Of a stretch of DNA of 64,000 nucleotides, positions 1 through 12,543 are shown piece after piece (positions within the stretch are counted from its first letter, which is position 1; each line of letters starts with the position of its first letter). This stretch comes from Bugula neritina (lineage: Eukaryota; Animalia; Bryozoa), in contig OZ037765.1 of assembly GCA_964035545.1 (NCBI GenBank), positions 4,102,698 to 4,166,697 of the forward strand, in the 5' to 3' direction. The notes under the pieces were generated by a model. It was given only the letters and a program-made list of their open reading frames with translations. It did no database searches and was not told the DNA's origin. Both the position numbers and the translations under genes were made by a program.

Positions 1-230
1 TTTAACTTTTGGCCCAACATATTTCGGTTTTGATAGCCGGTGTTAGAAACCGATTTTTCAGCAAGAGCTGCAAAAACATTTCAATGCAGCTTATTTTAAC
101 TTTTGGCCCAATACATATGGGTTTTGATAGCTAGTGTTAAAAACATATTCAATAGTTTGCAAAAGCTTTAGTTAGTTGGGAGAAGATGTCATTAGTTATC
201 AATATAACCAATGAAAATGTGTTATTTTAG

Positions 231-3200
231 AGCCAGTGTTGACATACAGCAATGACACTGACATAGCCACCCCAACAGAGGAAACCATCACAGTACCTCT
301 ACCAAACATCACTTCATCTGGATATGACTCCATGGTTATTGTTGTTGAAAAGTTGTCATCCAGGAAAAAGAGGTCCATTACTGTAGATAGCATAGACAAT
401 GTGACTGTTTATATAACAGCATCATTTCCTGTTACCAACTACCCATCCTCACTTAGTGTTGGTGATAACCAGACATATGGTGGATACTGGAACAGACCTC
501 TAGACAACCAATACTCTTATCACATTGCTGTTGGATTCAAGGCTAAGACTGAAGATGATGTTTTAAAGTTTACCACTATTCCTGGTGCAGAGTCTGTAAG
601 ATGTGAGTGTGTGGCTGAGCATGGTACTAGACTTCATTGTGTGTTCAGATTTTTAGTTTAGGTTTCAGTTGAATTAAAGATCAGTGTGCTCACTTGTCTC
701 TGTATATTGAGATAGCATGAAGAGATCATTTACTCATGTGTATATTATACAGTGAAAGGAGCTCCTCCTGGCGATAGAACTACTGTAGCAGCAATAACAC
801 AGAAACCGGGGGGTATGGGAGGAATTATTGGGGGTGTCGTCGGAGGACTCACAGCTCTGGTTATAGTGGTGGTGGTAGTGGCTGTAGTTATGAAGAGACG
901 TAAGAAGTAAGTAACTCGTATGTGTAGAACTGTTTCTGTTAATAACGTAATAATATGTTGAATATATATTAGTATCTGTTACATTTTAGCTCGGGTTCTG
1001 AAGATCCTAAACCCTCTTCATCTTCTCACCTCCGCCGACCTGTCTCAGAGAAACCTGGCAGTAAGTAATACTATAGTTATTCTGTGTAGCTTTGTGGATA
1101 CACTTCAGATCGTAAAAGGCTTGTTTTTGATTATAATAGGACTATACGAGTATCTACATGGTAACCCACGAAGCCATCGGAAAACTGAAATCGAATGACT
1201 GAATGTCATTGATAGTTCTTGGTTACCATTTTATACTATACCTATGCATTATTAAAGCTGATGAGTCACGTGAAAATAATTGAAATTTAAAAAATGATTA
1301 AATATTTCTAAACATGGAACAGTAATTTAGTTTAAAATTTTTCTTTTTGTTTGTTGACAAATTGTTACTGCAGTTTTAGACGACTTATCAAACAGAAATC
1401 TTTTAGCATCTACAGCTCCATAATATACAGTTTACAGTAGTTTTCTCTTCTTAAAAGCTGAATTAACAAGTCAATATGCAGCAACTGGGAAAAGTTAAAT
1501 TAGGATTTTCATTGAATGATCATCCTAACCGTTTATAGCTTTTTTTCAAGGTTAGAATCCTGATTCTTAATTTTGTTTTGATTTTTTTCTCATAATCTAT
1601 AATTGTACACCACTGCTGTATGTTTGTCTGTTTTATAGAAGCCTCTAAGCCTATAAGTAGTACTGCACCTTCTTCTACAGTACCTGAAGCCACAACTCTT
1701 GTCAGGGAGAATAACAGTGCTGAGGGGTCACATGATCAACATACAGACAACACGTATGAGAATACAGCTAAACTAAGTCCAGCTGCATCACAACCTCTGC
1801 TCATTCCACAACTTCACTCAATTATTAGTGCGGAAATCAGCACCTTCCAGAAAGACTCTTTCAAAGAAGAGTTTTTGGTTAGTTTTTACAATTATTGAAC
1901 TTATAAACTCTTGATATATAATGTATGGTGTCCGATAAAAGTTACACAGGAAAAAAGGGCACAGGTGGCAAAGTAGGTAAAACTGGCGCATTTTCAATAT
2001 CAAACTCATGGCTTTAGAATGGGGGTTTGTGCTATGAATTGGAGGTTTGGGGTTGTAGGATTAGGGTTTGAGGTTTGAGAAAATTGAACATCAGTGTGCC
2101 AACGTTACCTACTTTCCATTTGTGCCATTATTATCTAAAGTGATATTTTAGGGCTAGATAGTTTGTATTAAGGCCTGGCCTCACGCCCATGACAATCACA
2201 CAAAATTCGTGTGAATATTTTTTGTGAGTTATCCTCTCGTTGTGACCAGCCACACACTCGTCGGACGAAACACATAATGAATAGTCCGCGAATGAGTCTT
2301 GCACGAGATACAAACAGCAGAAAATTGCCAGACACAGAAACGTGATAGAAATGAAATAATGTTATAATTTTCAGATTTAGGGTCGATGTGCCACCAAGAG
2401 AGTCTATTTATCACTAGAGAAACTTCACCGAGTTAAGTCGAGTAAATATCGTTATATTTGAATACAAGAATACATAATAAAATCTAATATACAACAGTAA
2501 TAATACGCACATCTATTTAATTTACAGCACTATCCTCAACTGAGCTAGTAGCGCGAAGCTGCTACTATTACTCATCAACAGCCTAGCTAATTGGCTAATA
2601 CATTGTTCCGGGTCAATACGCAACCTTGCGTATTGTGTTGCTGGTAGCTCCACGAGCCACCACACTGCCCCCTCCAGCAGAAAGCCCTCTTTCTGATAAA
2701 AATATAATTCACATAAAAAAACGTATACTTCGTCGTGGGGGGGGGAGAGAACAGCATAAAAGTATATACAAAAAAAACAACAACCGATAAAATATACAGG
2801 TATATATAAAACGTGCACAATATGTAATAAGTAAGAGAAGGTCCTATTTACATGTAGAGTACGTGCCACCATAACGGTAGGGAATGCCACAGAGAGGTAG
2901 GGGAAGAGTAGTATGGAGTTGGAGATAGACTCAAGTTAACTGTGGGCCGCACGCTTCATGCGTTTAATAGACTCCTGTAGATATTTGAGTTCACTGGATG
3001 CAGCCTGCACCCGCGGGGCCAGTCTGTACACTTCTTGCTCCAAGTCGTGTGCCCTAGCTTCTACTTCACGTAGGTTGCGGGCCAAGGGGGACGAGCGAGA
3101 GGAAGTCGGCTGTCTGTGTCTTTTCCGTTCTGAAGATGGAAGGGGAGGAGGGAGTGTATACGCATTCGTGTCTACCCTCTGTAGTACGACACGAGGAAAG

Positions 3201-6200
3201 GTATGCGGGTGGCGTAGAGGACTGTGAGGTGGAGAGTTAGTAGACTGTATAGGTTTCTCTGCGGCTCCAGAGATGATGGGTCGCGGGTAAGGAAAGCCTT
3301 GCTCCAGGCGAGATAGCCGAGCTGGGTCAGTGATGAGTGGTTTGATGGCGTTGAGAAATGCAGGATAGGATGATTCGTCTACTTCGTAGACGTGTCCTTG
3401 ATAACACTGCATAGTGCGTTGGTGACGCAGTAGGTAATCACGATTGTAACTATATTCTCCGCAGGGGCAGAACGTGGTGATGTTATGCTGCGGCAAGTGT
3501 ACTTTCAGCCTGCGGTGGGTTGTAAATCGCTGCTGGCAGAGGTTGCATTCGCGGTTATCCTCACCTCCTTGATGAGTCCTAATCTCTCTCTTTGTGGCAG
3601 GGGTAATCCAGTTGGAGGTTGCTTCCAACTGCGGTGGCAGTTGCCTGGTTGTAGAAGTTGTTGGGGCCGGCTCTGGGTCCCACGCCATCTCTAGAGAAGG
3701 CATGCCCGGAGAGACGGGCGCGAGTGTGTCTACAAAAGTAGAATTATTGTTAGATCGCGGTGGATCTTTACAACATAATTCTAGTGACTGTCGACTGTTG
3801 CTAGCCTGAGAGTCACAGCTTTTGGAATGCACTCGAGGAACCGATGAATCATGTGTGGACTGACCAAGAACAGTGTCTAGCTCCAGGTCTAACAGACCGT
3901 CGGCCATTACAGTGTCCTCATCGTCATTCACATGAAACGTGGTTCCCAGTAATTCTGATTCAATCTGCTGAATTAGTTCAGAATTTACTGGCATCGAGCT
4001 CGTTTCCATGAATAGGAATACAAGACTTATACTGGCTTACCTGGGAACTCGGTATTAATGTCCATACTCAACGTTCTTGGTAAGATTGGAGCTGGTTGTG
4101 AGATACGTCTGCCTTTGGCGATGTCAGCGTAAGAAAAGGCTGAGCATCGTTTCTGAGGCACGAGGTCGGAACTATTTGCTTTACGCGCATTAATTCCTCC
4201 CACTATTCCGCCCTCGCAAAAGTTGATATTTGCGTGGGGTTCACAACTCCAACATTTTATCGTACGGTTTTCCCCTAGACTTTCATGTGCGCCGCTTCTA
4301 ATGCAGTCACATACGAAGTCTTTTAAATATGGTGGGGGTTTCCTCGTACGCTGTCCTCGCTCTAGGGGGGGTGACACGCTCGCCGGTTCGTTAGTAGGGG
4401 CCTCTAATGGCGTCTCTACTTCACCGTTAGCGGTCACCTCTTCTTGTTCTCCGGATGGAGCCCCTCCCTCCGTGGGGGTTTGCACTTCCGGAACCGGCTC
4501 GGTTTCTGGAAGTGACGGAATTAGACTTGGCGGTGGCGGACACGCTTCTGTTGACAAAAGCTGCCGCTCCTCCCTCACCAAGTTTTCTTCCCGCGCTATG
4601 ACCACTTCGTATTCAGGTCCATGCCGCCGTCGCCCGCGCGTTGTTGTCTGCCTCCTGGGCTCTAACAACGGGGGGGCTTCTCCCACTCCGTCGGGGCTAG
4701 CCCAATACGGTTTCAAGCGAGACTCATTCTGGATAGACACCTGTCCTGAGCGCTCAATCTTGTACGTATGATTGGGCATAGCCTCGACGACCACGTAGGG
4801 TCCTACGAACTTAGGCTTCAGTTTATCAGCCTGTCCGCGACGCCTACGGTAATTGACCATCCACACCTTATCTCCCGTTTGATAGAGAGGTGGTTCATCG
4901 GAATCTTCGTGTCGCACCTTCCACTGCCGTTCGCGCAGTATATCGTGTGCGGCCTTCATCCGTTCCACTAGTTCACTGGCATACTCGTGAACCGAGTTGT
5001 CTTGCTCTGGAACGTGGTAGGTGATATGGTCAGGGACACGAGTCTCTCTCCCGAGCATCAAGAGGTTTGGGGTCTCACCAGTACTGGTGTGTGGGGTGCT
5101 ACGGTATGCACGCATGACTTGCGGCAACACCGTATCCCATTCCTCATGACCTCGTCCAAGGAGGAGACTCCGGAGCGCATCACCTAGCATCCGGTAATTG
5201 CGCTCCACCACCCCGTTACCTTGAGGGTGGTAGGGGGTGGTCCTGCTCTGATTTACTCCCCAGAGGTGGCAAAGGTCGCTCATCAGTTGAGACTGGAATT
5301 GAGTGCCTTGATCAGAGTGTATCTGTTCGGGAAGCCCAAAATAACAGAACACATGTTGGTCTAGTGCCCTGGCCACTGTTGGGGCTGATGCATCTGGGAT
5401 AGCCAGAGCATCCGCCCACCGAGTAAAGTGGTCGGTTAGTACTAGGATCCAATTATTGCCTCTGGGGGTCAGGGGCATGGGTCCGACCAGGTCTACAGCG
5501 ACTACTTGCCAGGGCCTACCAGCATATAGCCTCCGCCATCCTGCTTCACCAGGGGGGCGGCTATGCTTACTGGCCTGGCAGATCTCACACTGTTTGACTC
5601 TGAGCCGGACGTCACGCTCCAATTGTGGCCAATACCACCGGAGTCGTAATTTGGACATCACTCTCTTGACCCCTGCGTGGGCCTGTTTGTGAGTATCCCA
5701 AATCAACTCACGGCGGATGGCCGTGGGGCAGACTACCCTCTTCCTCTCCGGGTGTCTGCCGCTGGCAGCTAGAGAGATGGTTAGTAACCCATCCTGCCCG
5801 ATCCGCAGCGAGTCCCAACGCTGACAGTATAGCCGGAACTCGGCGCATCCCTGTCGTATGCCTTCCTCGCTGGGTCGTCGCCCTTCCTTTTTGGCCCGGT
5901 ATATGTCTGCCACGACTCCAGGCAGCTCTTCTTGGAGCTTCTTCAGCTCTCGAACATTAACGGCCAGTACAGGGTTGGCGCGGAGGTTTTGTACACCCTC
6001 CGGGGACTCATCAACTCCCTGCCTGAGTTGACCCTGGTCCCAGTCAAACGGTGCTCTGTGGTGAGCCAGCGTCTCCAACTCGCATCGCGGGGGACCTCCA
6101 TCCCTCCTCTCGATGTTGAGACACTGTTTGCAACCTCCATCAGGTCGGCGACTCAACCCATCCGCATTGCTGTGTCTCTTGCCCGGTCGATGTTCGATCC

Positions 6201-9200
6201 GGTAACGGAATTCAGCTAGGATTTCGAGCCACCGGGCGACCTGACTAGAGGGCTCTGCTCCCTTGCACAACCAGATCAGCGAGGCATGATCCGTACGCAG
6301 CCGGAACTTCCTGCCGTATAGGTATGGTCTGAAGTGTTTCACTGACTTGATTACTGCCAGCAGCTCCTTGCGGGTAGTGCAGTAATTTCGTTCAGCGGGT
6401 GAGAGAGACTTGCTGTAGTAGGCTACTACTACCTCTCGGCCTTCCTGCACTTGTGACAGCACAGCGCCAACATTTTGGTCACTGGCGTCCGTGTCGAGGA
6501 TGTTTTCCAGAGTGGGGTCTGGGTAGGCCAAGATGGGCGCCGTTAGTAGGCAGCCCTTGAGGCGGTCGAACGCTCCTTGTTCGACTGGGGTCCACTGCCA
6601 CGTCACTCCCTTTGCGGTGAGCCGGTTTAACGGCTGGGCTATGCCCGCAAAGTCCGGTATGTATTGCCTGTAATACCCTACCAGCCCCAAGAAAGCCCGG
6701 AGTCCGGTCAAGTCTTGGGGGGTGACCCAGTCTTCTACTGCCCGTACTTTTTCGGGATCCGTTGCCACGCCGTTTCGACCGACAACGTGCCCCAGGTACT
6801 TGACCTCCGGCTGCAATAGAGCGCACTTGGAAGGTTTGAGCTTAAGACCGGCACCTCGGAGTCTCTCGAAAACCTCCTGCAGACGACTGACATGTGTCTC
6901 GAAGTCTGGAGAGATTACGATGACATCATCGAGGTAGACCAGCAGTGTCTTCCAATGGAGTCCGCTAAGGACTTGTTCCATCAGCCTCTGGAAGGTGGCT
7001 GGGGCGGAGGTTAACCCGAAGGGCAGCACCTTCCACTTCCACAGCTCGTCCCGTGTGATAAACGCCGCTTTCTCCTGGGCGTCGGGACTCAGAGGGACTT
7101 GCCAATAGCCACTCAGCAAGTCTAATGTACTGAAGTACTTGCTGCCGGCTAGGGCGTCCAAGGACTCGTCAATACGAGGTAGAGGATAGGCGTCCTGTAT
7201 GGTTACGTTATTGAGTTTGCGGTAATCCACACAGAACCGCCAACTGCCGTCTTTCTTCCGGACCAGTACGACCGGTGAGCTCCACGCACTATGGGCGGGC
7301 TCTATGAGGCCGCGGTCCAGAAGATCCCGTACTTGTCGGCTAACCTCCTTCTCTTTTTCCGGCCCCAGCCTGCGTGTGGGCTGCCGGACAGGGACTGTCC
7401 CTGCAGTCAGCGGTATTTCGTGTCTGACAACTCCAGTCAGCCCCACGTCATGATCTCCGCTACTGAACACATCACCGTAGTCGCGTAGCAACTTCGCCAT
7501 GGCTTGGCGTTCCTTGTTGCTCGCGCAGCCGCCACTGGCTGTTTCGTATAACTTCCGGAGATGTGTTGGGACTGCCCCTCGTCCCTGAATAGGGTGTCGA
7601 GGGGGTGCCTCCGTCGCGTCACCCAGCGACGGGCCCACGCCCTCTTCCTGGACGGAGTGGAACCGGCCCAGCATTGACCCAGCTGGGAGCTCAATGGGCT
7701 CAGTAAAGGGGCTGACACACTGCACTAAGACCTCCCCTCGCTCAGTTAGTCGGTTTAAACTACTGGCGAGTTGGATCCTTTCGTGCGCGCCTTCAACGAC
7801 CCCGAGCCTGGCTATCCGGTTGCTGTTCACTCGGCAGTGGATAGTAGCTCTGGAGCGTCCGGGCACGGTGCAGTTTCGAACTACCTGAACACCGCCCACC
7901 AGAGGACGCCCAAACTTATCCACACAGGCGAGTTCTCGCCCGCCCATCAGCACCACCGACTTGCTAAAGTCTATTCGGCACTGGTGTTGCTTCAAGAAGG
8001 GCATTCCGAGGATAGCGTCTTCCTCCAGTTGGCCTATGACAAAGGTCTCCTGTACAGCCTGGTCTCGGACACGCCCAGGGATCTCGATAATACCATAAAA
8101 GGGGATACATGACCCGTCTGCCAGGGTGCCATGTTCCCCAGTATACGGTCGTACCCTATCCCTGTCCCGGCGGGGCAGTGCCTCAAAGACTCTACGACTG
8201 AGAAGGTTGGTAGTACAACCGGAGTCGAGCAGGAAAGTGACGGCGTTGCCGGCCACCTTTCCGGGTAGGAAATAGCTCTCTCCATGTGGTTGTACTTTCA
8301 CCCCCCCCCCCCGCATGTGCTGTCCGGGATTGGCAGGACGGCGGGGGTTTCACCCGTGGTTTACGGGGTTTCCGGCGGCGAGGTTGGTGCCGGCGGGGTT
8401 TGGGGCTCTCCACTGGGCCTTCTGGCTCCATTTCAGTGGCGGGCTCCTCTTCCCGAGGTAACCGGTGGAACCGGTTGGCGAGTGGCAGGGAGAAGGTACT
8501 CGGCCGTTGTGCGGGCCTACTAGTCCTGCGTGGTACCTGCCACTCGGGTGGAGTGTTCCGTCGTGTCCGTACGGACAGACGACGGCGTGTCCCACCATAC
8601 TCCTTCAGTTGCGGCTCGCGGGGAGGGAGAGTGTCCGCGGGCCGTGACAGTTTAACGCTCCCTGGTATTGGGGTCGTCCTTTCTGTCCCTGGTCCTGACC
8701 AGCGCTACTCCAGCCCTGCCCCACAGGCGTTGGTGGCACCCGCAGGGCCTGACCGGGGCCAGCACCGGCCAGAATGGTTACCAGTTGTCCCAGCATCTCT
8801 ACCATACGGTCCACTTCGGCTTCCAGCGGGAGGGCTTCGGGACCTGTCGTAGCCCTGGCAGCGCTGACTCCAACTACTGGTGGGTTCCGTTGTGCTCGAT
8901 GCATTTGGGTAGCCAACAGGTAAGCTTCTCCAGCCTTCAGGGCATCCTCTATTCTGGTTATCCCTTTAGCTCGTAGTTGATGGTGTAGGCCCAGGTCGTT
9001 TAGTGACTGGACAAAGGCGTCATAGGTGTAACGCTCTTGGTGCTGTGCTGGCAGATCGCTATACGCAATCTGTGCCAGCTTCTTCACCGTCGCGGCATGT
9101 TCTTGCAGCGAGGTCCGCGGGGAGCGGCACAATCTCTCTAGCTTGGTCCTAGCGTCTATTGCGGAGATGCCAAAACGGGCCCGCAGCGCAGCCAGTATCC

Positions 9201-11004
9201 CGTTTACGTCCGTTCCCACTCCGTACGGCTTGGCTTGTTCCGTCACCGCTCTCCGCAATTGGATAAGGGCCACTCTATGCGGCCATTGAGCAATCTCCAT
9301 TACCTCTCTAAATTCTTGTATAAATTGTTCGACATCTTCCGACCCAGTAAAGGTGGGAGCTTTCAAGCAATATCTATAAGCTTCTTCTCCCTCACGATTC
9401 ACAGGATTAACATCATTTCTACGCTCACCTTCTACTGGGGGTGGTTGCATTCTAGCATTTTCAGTCTCCATCTTTGATGTACACTATCCCACCGCTGCCA
9501 CCACTGTTATAATTTTCAGATTTAGGGTCGATGTGCCACCAAGAGAGTCTATTTATCACTAGAGAAACCTCACCGAGTTAAGTCGAGTAGATATCGTTAT
9601 ATTTGAATACAAGAATACATAATAAAATCTAATATACAACAGTAATAATACGCACGTCTATTTAATTTACAGCACTATCCTCAACTGAGCTAGTAGCGCG
9701 AAGCTGCTACTATTACTCATCAACAGCCTAGCTAATTGGCTAATACATTGTTCCGGGTCAATATGCAACCTTGCGTATTGTGTTGCTGGTAGCTCCACGA
9801 GCCACCACAATAATCACTGTTGTTGAAGTTTTGTTAACCAATCAAATGGTGCTCATCGTCAATTACGATTTTTTTTTGTCCATTGTTTTCGAACCCGATT
9901 TCGTTTGAATTCCCTGAAATTTGATCGTAAGTTTGTGTTTTCGTGTCAAGTAGATGATTTCGTGTGATTCTCACAAGTGTGTGGCCAGGCCCTACTTTAC
10001 TCATCAGTTAACTTAGTTTAATTATTTTCCAATAAAATTGAATATTTTTCAGCAAATCAAGGCTCCTGCTCTGCCTTGTAAAGTTGGCCGGTTGCCAGAA
10101 AATGTGAAGAGAAACAGATTCAAGAATATCATTGCAGGTAACATTTGGAGAAGAAAAGCTGCTTGTTTCTAACATTCTAAAAGTTTAATTTAATTTGTGA
10201 GTTTCTAAAGAATTTTTGTGCATACAAATGTGAAGGTCATGTGAAGGTGACATGCTGGATTACGAGTTTCTACAAAATATTTGCACAATGACATCATACT
10301 ATCTTAATGCTATCTATTTGTAAAAGGGTATGTATTATAAATTTCATACTTGTAATATAGGATATGTTTCACAACTAAAATCCTCTCCTAAATATTCAAC
10401 TCTCACTTATGTTTAGCTGATGAAACACGAGTGAAGCTGAAGGTGGATGAGTATGCCTCAGACTATGCCAATGCCAACTATATTCAAGTATGTTACTATT
10501 TATTAGATACTCTTTCCAGCATTTGTTGAGACACTCTTTGTTTATTCAATAGCAGCTGAAGTACATTTGCTACATGATTGTTGATTCAGATGTGGTAGTG
10601 ATGGAAATGGTTCTTATTTATATTGGCTCAAATGTTTCAAAGTTGTACTTTAGTAAAAATAAGCAAACATGTAGCTTGGAAATCAATTCAATTCATTGTC
10701 TTCAATAGTTATTATCAATTTGCCATCTTTATTCCATTTTATCTATCTAGTTTTAGTAATACTGATCATACAGTGTTATAATATTTATTAGATTATAATT
10801 CTGAATTATATATTTTAGAATTATCATGGACGTCAGAAGTTCATTGCCTGTCAAGGTACTTATATTACTATTACTACTATTATTATGTCTTAGATATTTG
10901 ATGTGTGCAATCGTGCGTGTTGTATATGATGTATATATAATATGATAATTATGGCTTCAAAATACATATAATATAATATAATTTCATATGGCTATAATAT
11001 TTAT

Positions 11005-11072
<68 letters not shown>

Positions 11073-12342
11073 TACTGATGACTAGAATACTAATTGCTGT
11101 GATTATGTTTACTGAGCTCTATTTTGTTGAGATTATCATATGATTGATATTTTGTTACAGCTACTCACCTGTTACTCAAAAGTGTCCAATGGTAAAGCTG
11201 CATTCATGTTTCCTTGTTGTTATCAGTGCTGCTATTGGTTACTATCTATTAGATTGCTAGTTAGTCTGCTATCCTCTGTCCAGTTACTATCCTCTCTTAT
11301 TGTGTTAATAATCCAACAATTAATATTAAGAGATTTCAACTGAGACATCGATGTGACTATGATCTCTATTATTCCTGTGTTTAATTTGTATAGTAAATCT
11401 AGTATGATGGGTTTGTGTCCACTTGTTTGGGTTACATTCAAGTAGCATCCATACCTTGTGGAATGCTTCTAGTCACAGATATTTTCAGTGAATTTAGTAT
11501 GTTGTGTATGTGTCTACTTGTTTGAGGTACATTCAACTAGCACACTTGCCTTGTACATTCCTGTAGTCAGCCATATAATGTAAAGCTTTTATGTATCTGC
11601 TGACTTGGTGTAATGTAGTTCAGTGTTCATGAAATATAATTTTATTTTTCTTCTTTAGAATTAAAATGTTGCAATGATTTATTAGTAATTATTACCTTTT
11701 AATTATCATCAGCAAAAAGTTGTATGTTTAATTACTGCATCTTATACAGTCATAACCAGCTGTAAGTCTCTCTCTCTTGTGTAGGGTGAGAGCTCCTAAC
11801 AGCTTTCACTGATTATAAAATGCTTAGAAATCAGGCACAATGCCTGGCAAAGTGTTAACTTTAAAATTTGTCTGCTTTGGTAAACCTGGAATAAATTTAA
11901 GTGAATTAATTTAGAGTGATTTCTCAATTCAATAAGCCTGAACTCTATTCAAGTGATTTTACTTGAAATAATTCAACATATTCCTAATATATTGCAGGAC
12001 CAAATGATGCGACCCTGGAAGACATGTGGAGACTAATCCATGACTCTGGTACTTCTACTATAGTGATGCTGACTAACCCAGTGGAGGCTACAAAGGTTGG
12101 ACTTCCTGTACAGTCTGCTCTGTGTTGTGTGAAATTATCAGCTGTTAGTTGTTAATATTGTATGTCTTGTGTTTGTAGAAAAAGTGCTCAGTTTACTGGC
12201 CTGACAGCAGCGCAGTTGGTGTGACCTTTGGAAAGTTCAAGGTCACTCTGATAGAAGAGCAGATGTTTGCGGAATATGTTGTCAGAAAACTTAAGTATAC
12301 TTTCAATAAGGTGAGTCAGACTACTTCTACTACTTCTACTAG

Positions 12343-12378
<36 letters not shown>

Positions 12379-12461
12379 CACTGCTACTACTACTACTACT
12401 ACCACTACTACCACTACTTCTACTACTACTACCACTGCTACTACTACTACTACTACTACTG

Positions 12462-12500
<39 letters not shown>

Positions 12501-12501
12501 T

Positions 12502-12543
<42 letters not shown>

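Larger units (their letters stand above)
2360..9809 (-). mobile_element. Ty3/Gypsy LTR retrotransposon element 1 (subfamily A), full length, intronic and antisense in RPTP copy A
   Basis: 305-bp TG...CA LTRs at 2360-2664 and 9505-9809 (~4 differences), 4-bp TSD ATAA, PBS, PPT, gag, pol in PR-RT-RH-IN order, extra ORF3; absent from the equivalent intron of copy B (45901-46267). Confidence 0.97.
2171..9992. mobile_element. ~370-bp MITE (TA TSD) split by LTR element 1
   Basis: Imperfect ~37-bp TIRs AGGCCTGGCCTCAC... / ...GTGTGGCCAGGCCC flanked by TA; empty site in copy B near 46170-46185. Confidence 0.75.

Noticed and set aside
2936-4009. ORF3 as env
   Set aside because: No signal peptide, TM helix or fusion-protein layout
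4223-4771. Antisense ORFs recurring in each LTR element
   Set aside because: Shadow frames of GC-rich pol; recurrence is explained by copy identity and there are no recognisable motifs
8316-8316. ATG at 8316 (and 60627) as the true pol start
   Set aside because: It is in frame only because of the G12 run; homology places the Pol N-terminus at the upstream slippery site
9486-9503. tRNA gene
   Set aside because: Only the 18-nt PBS complement is present; no cloverleaf
11070-11500. Intron segment well conserved between paralogs with a minus-strand ORF and donor-like CAG|GTGAG (also 48150-48550)
   Set aside because: Multiple stops, no recognisable protein; similarity is compatible with recent duplication
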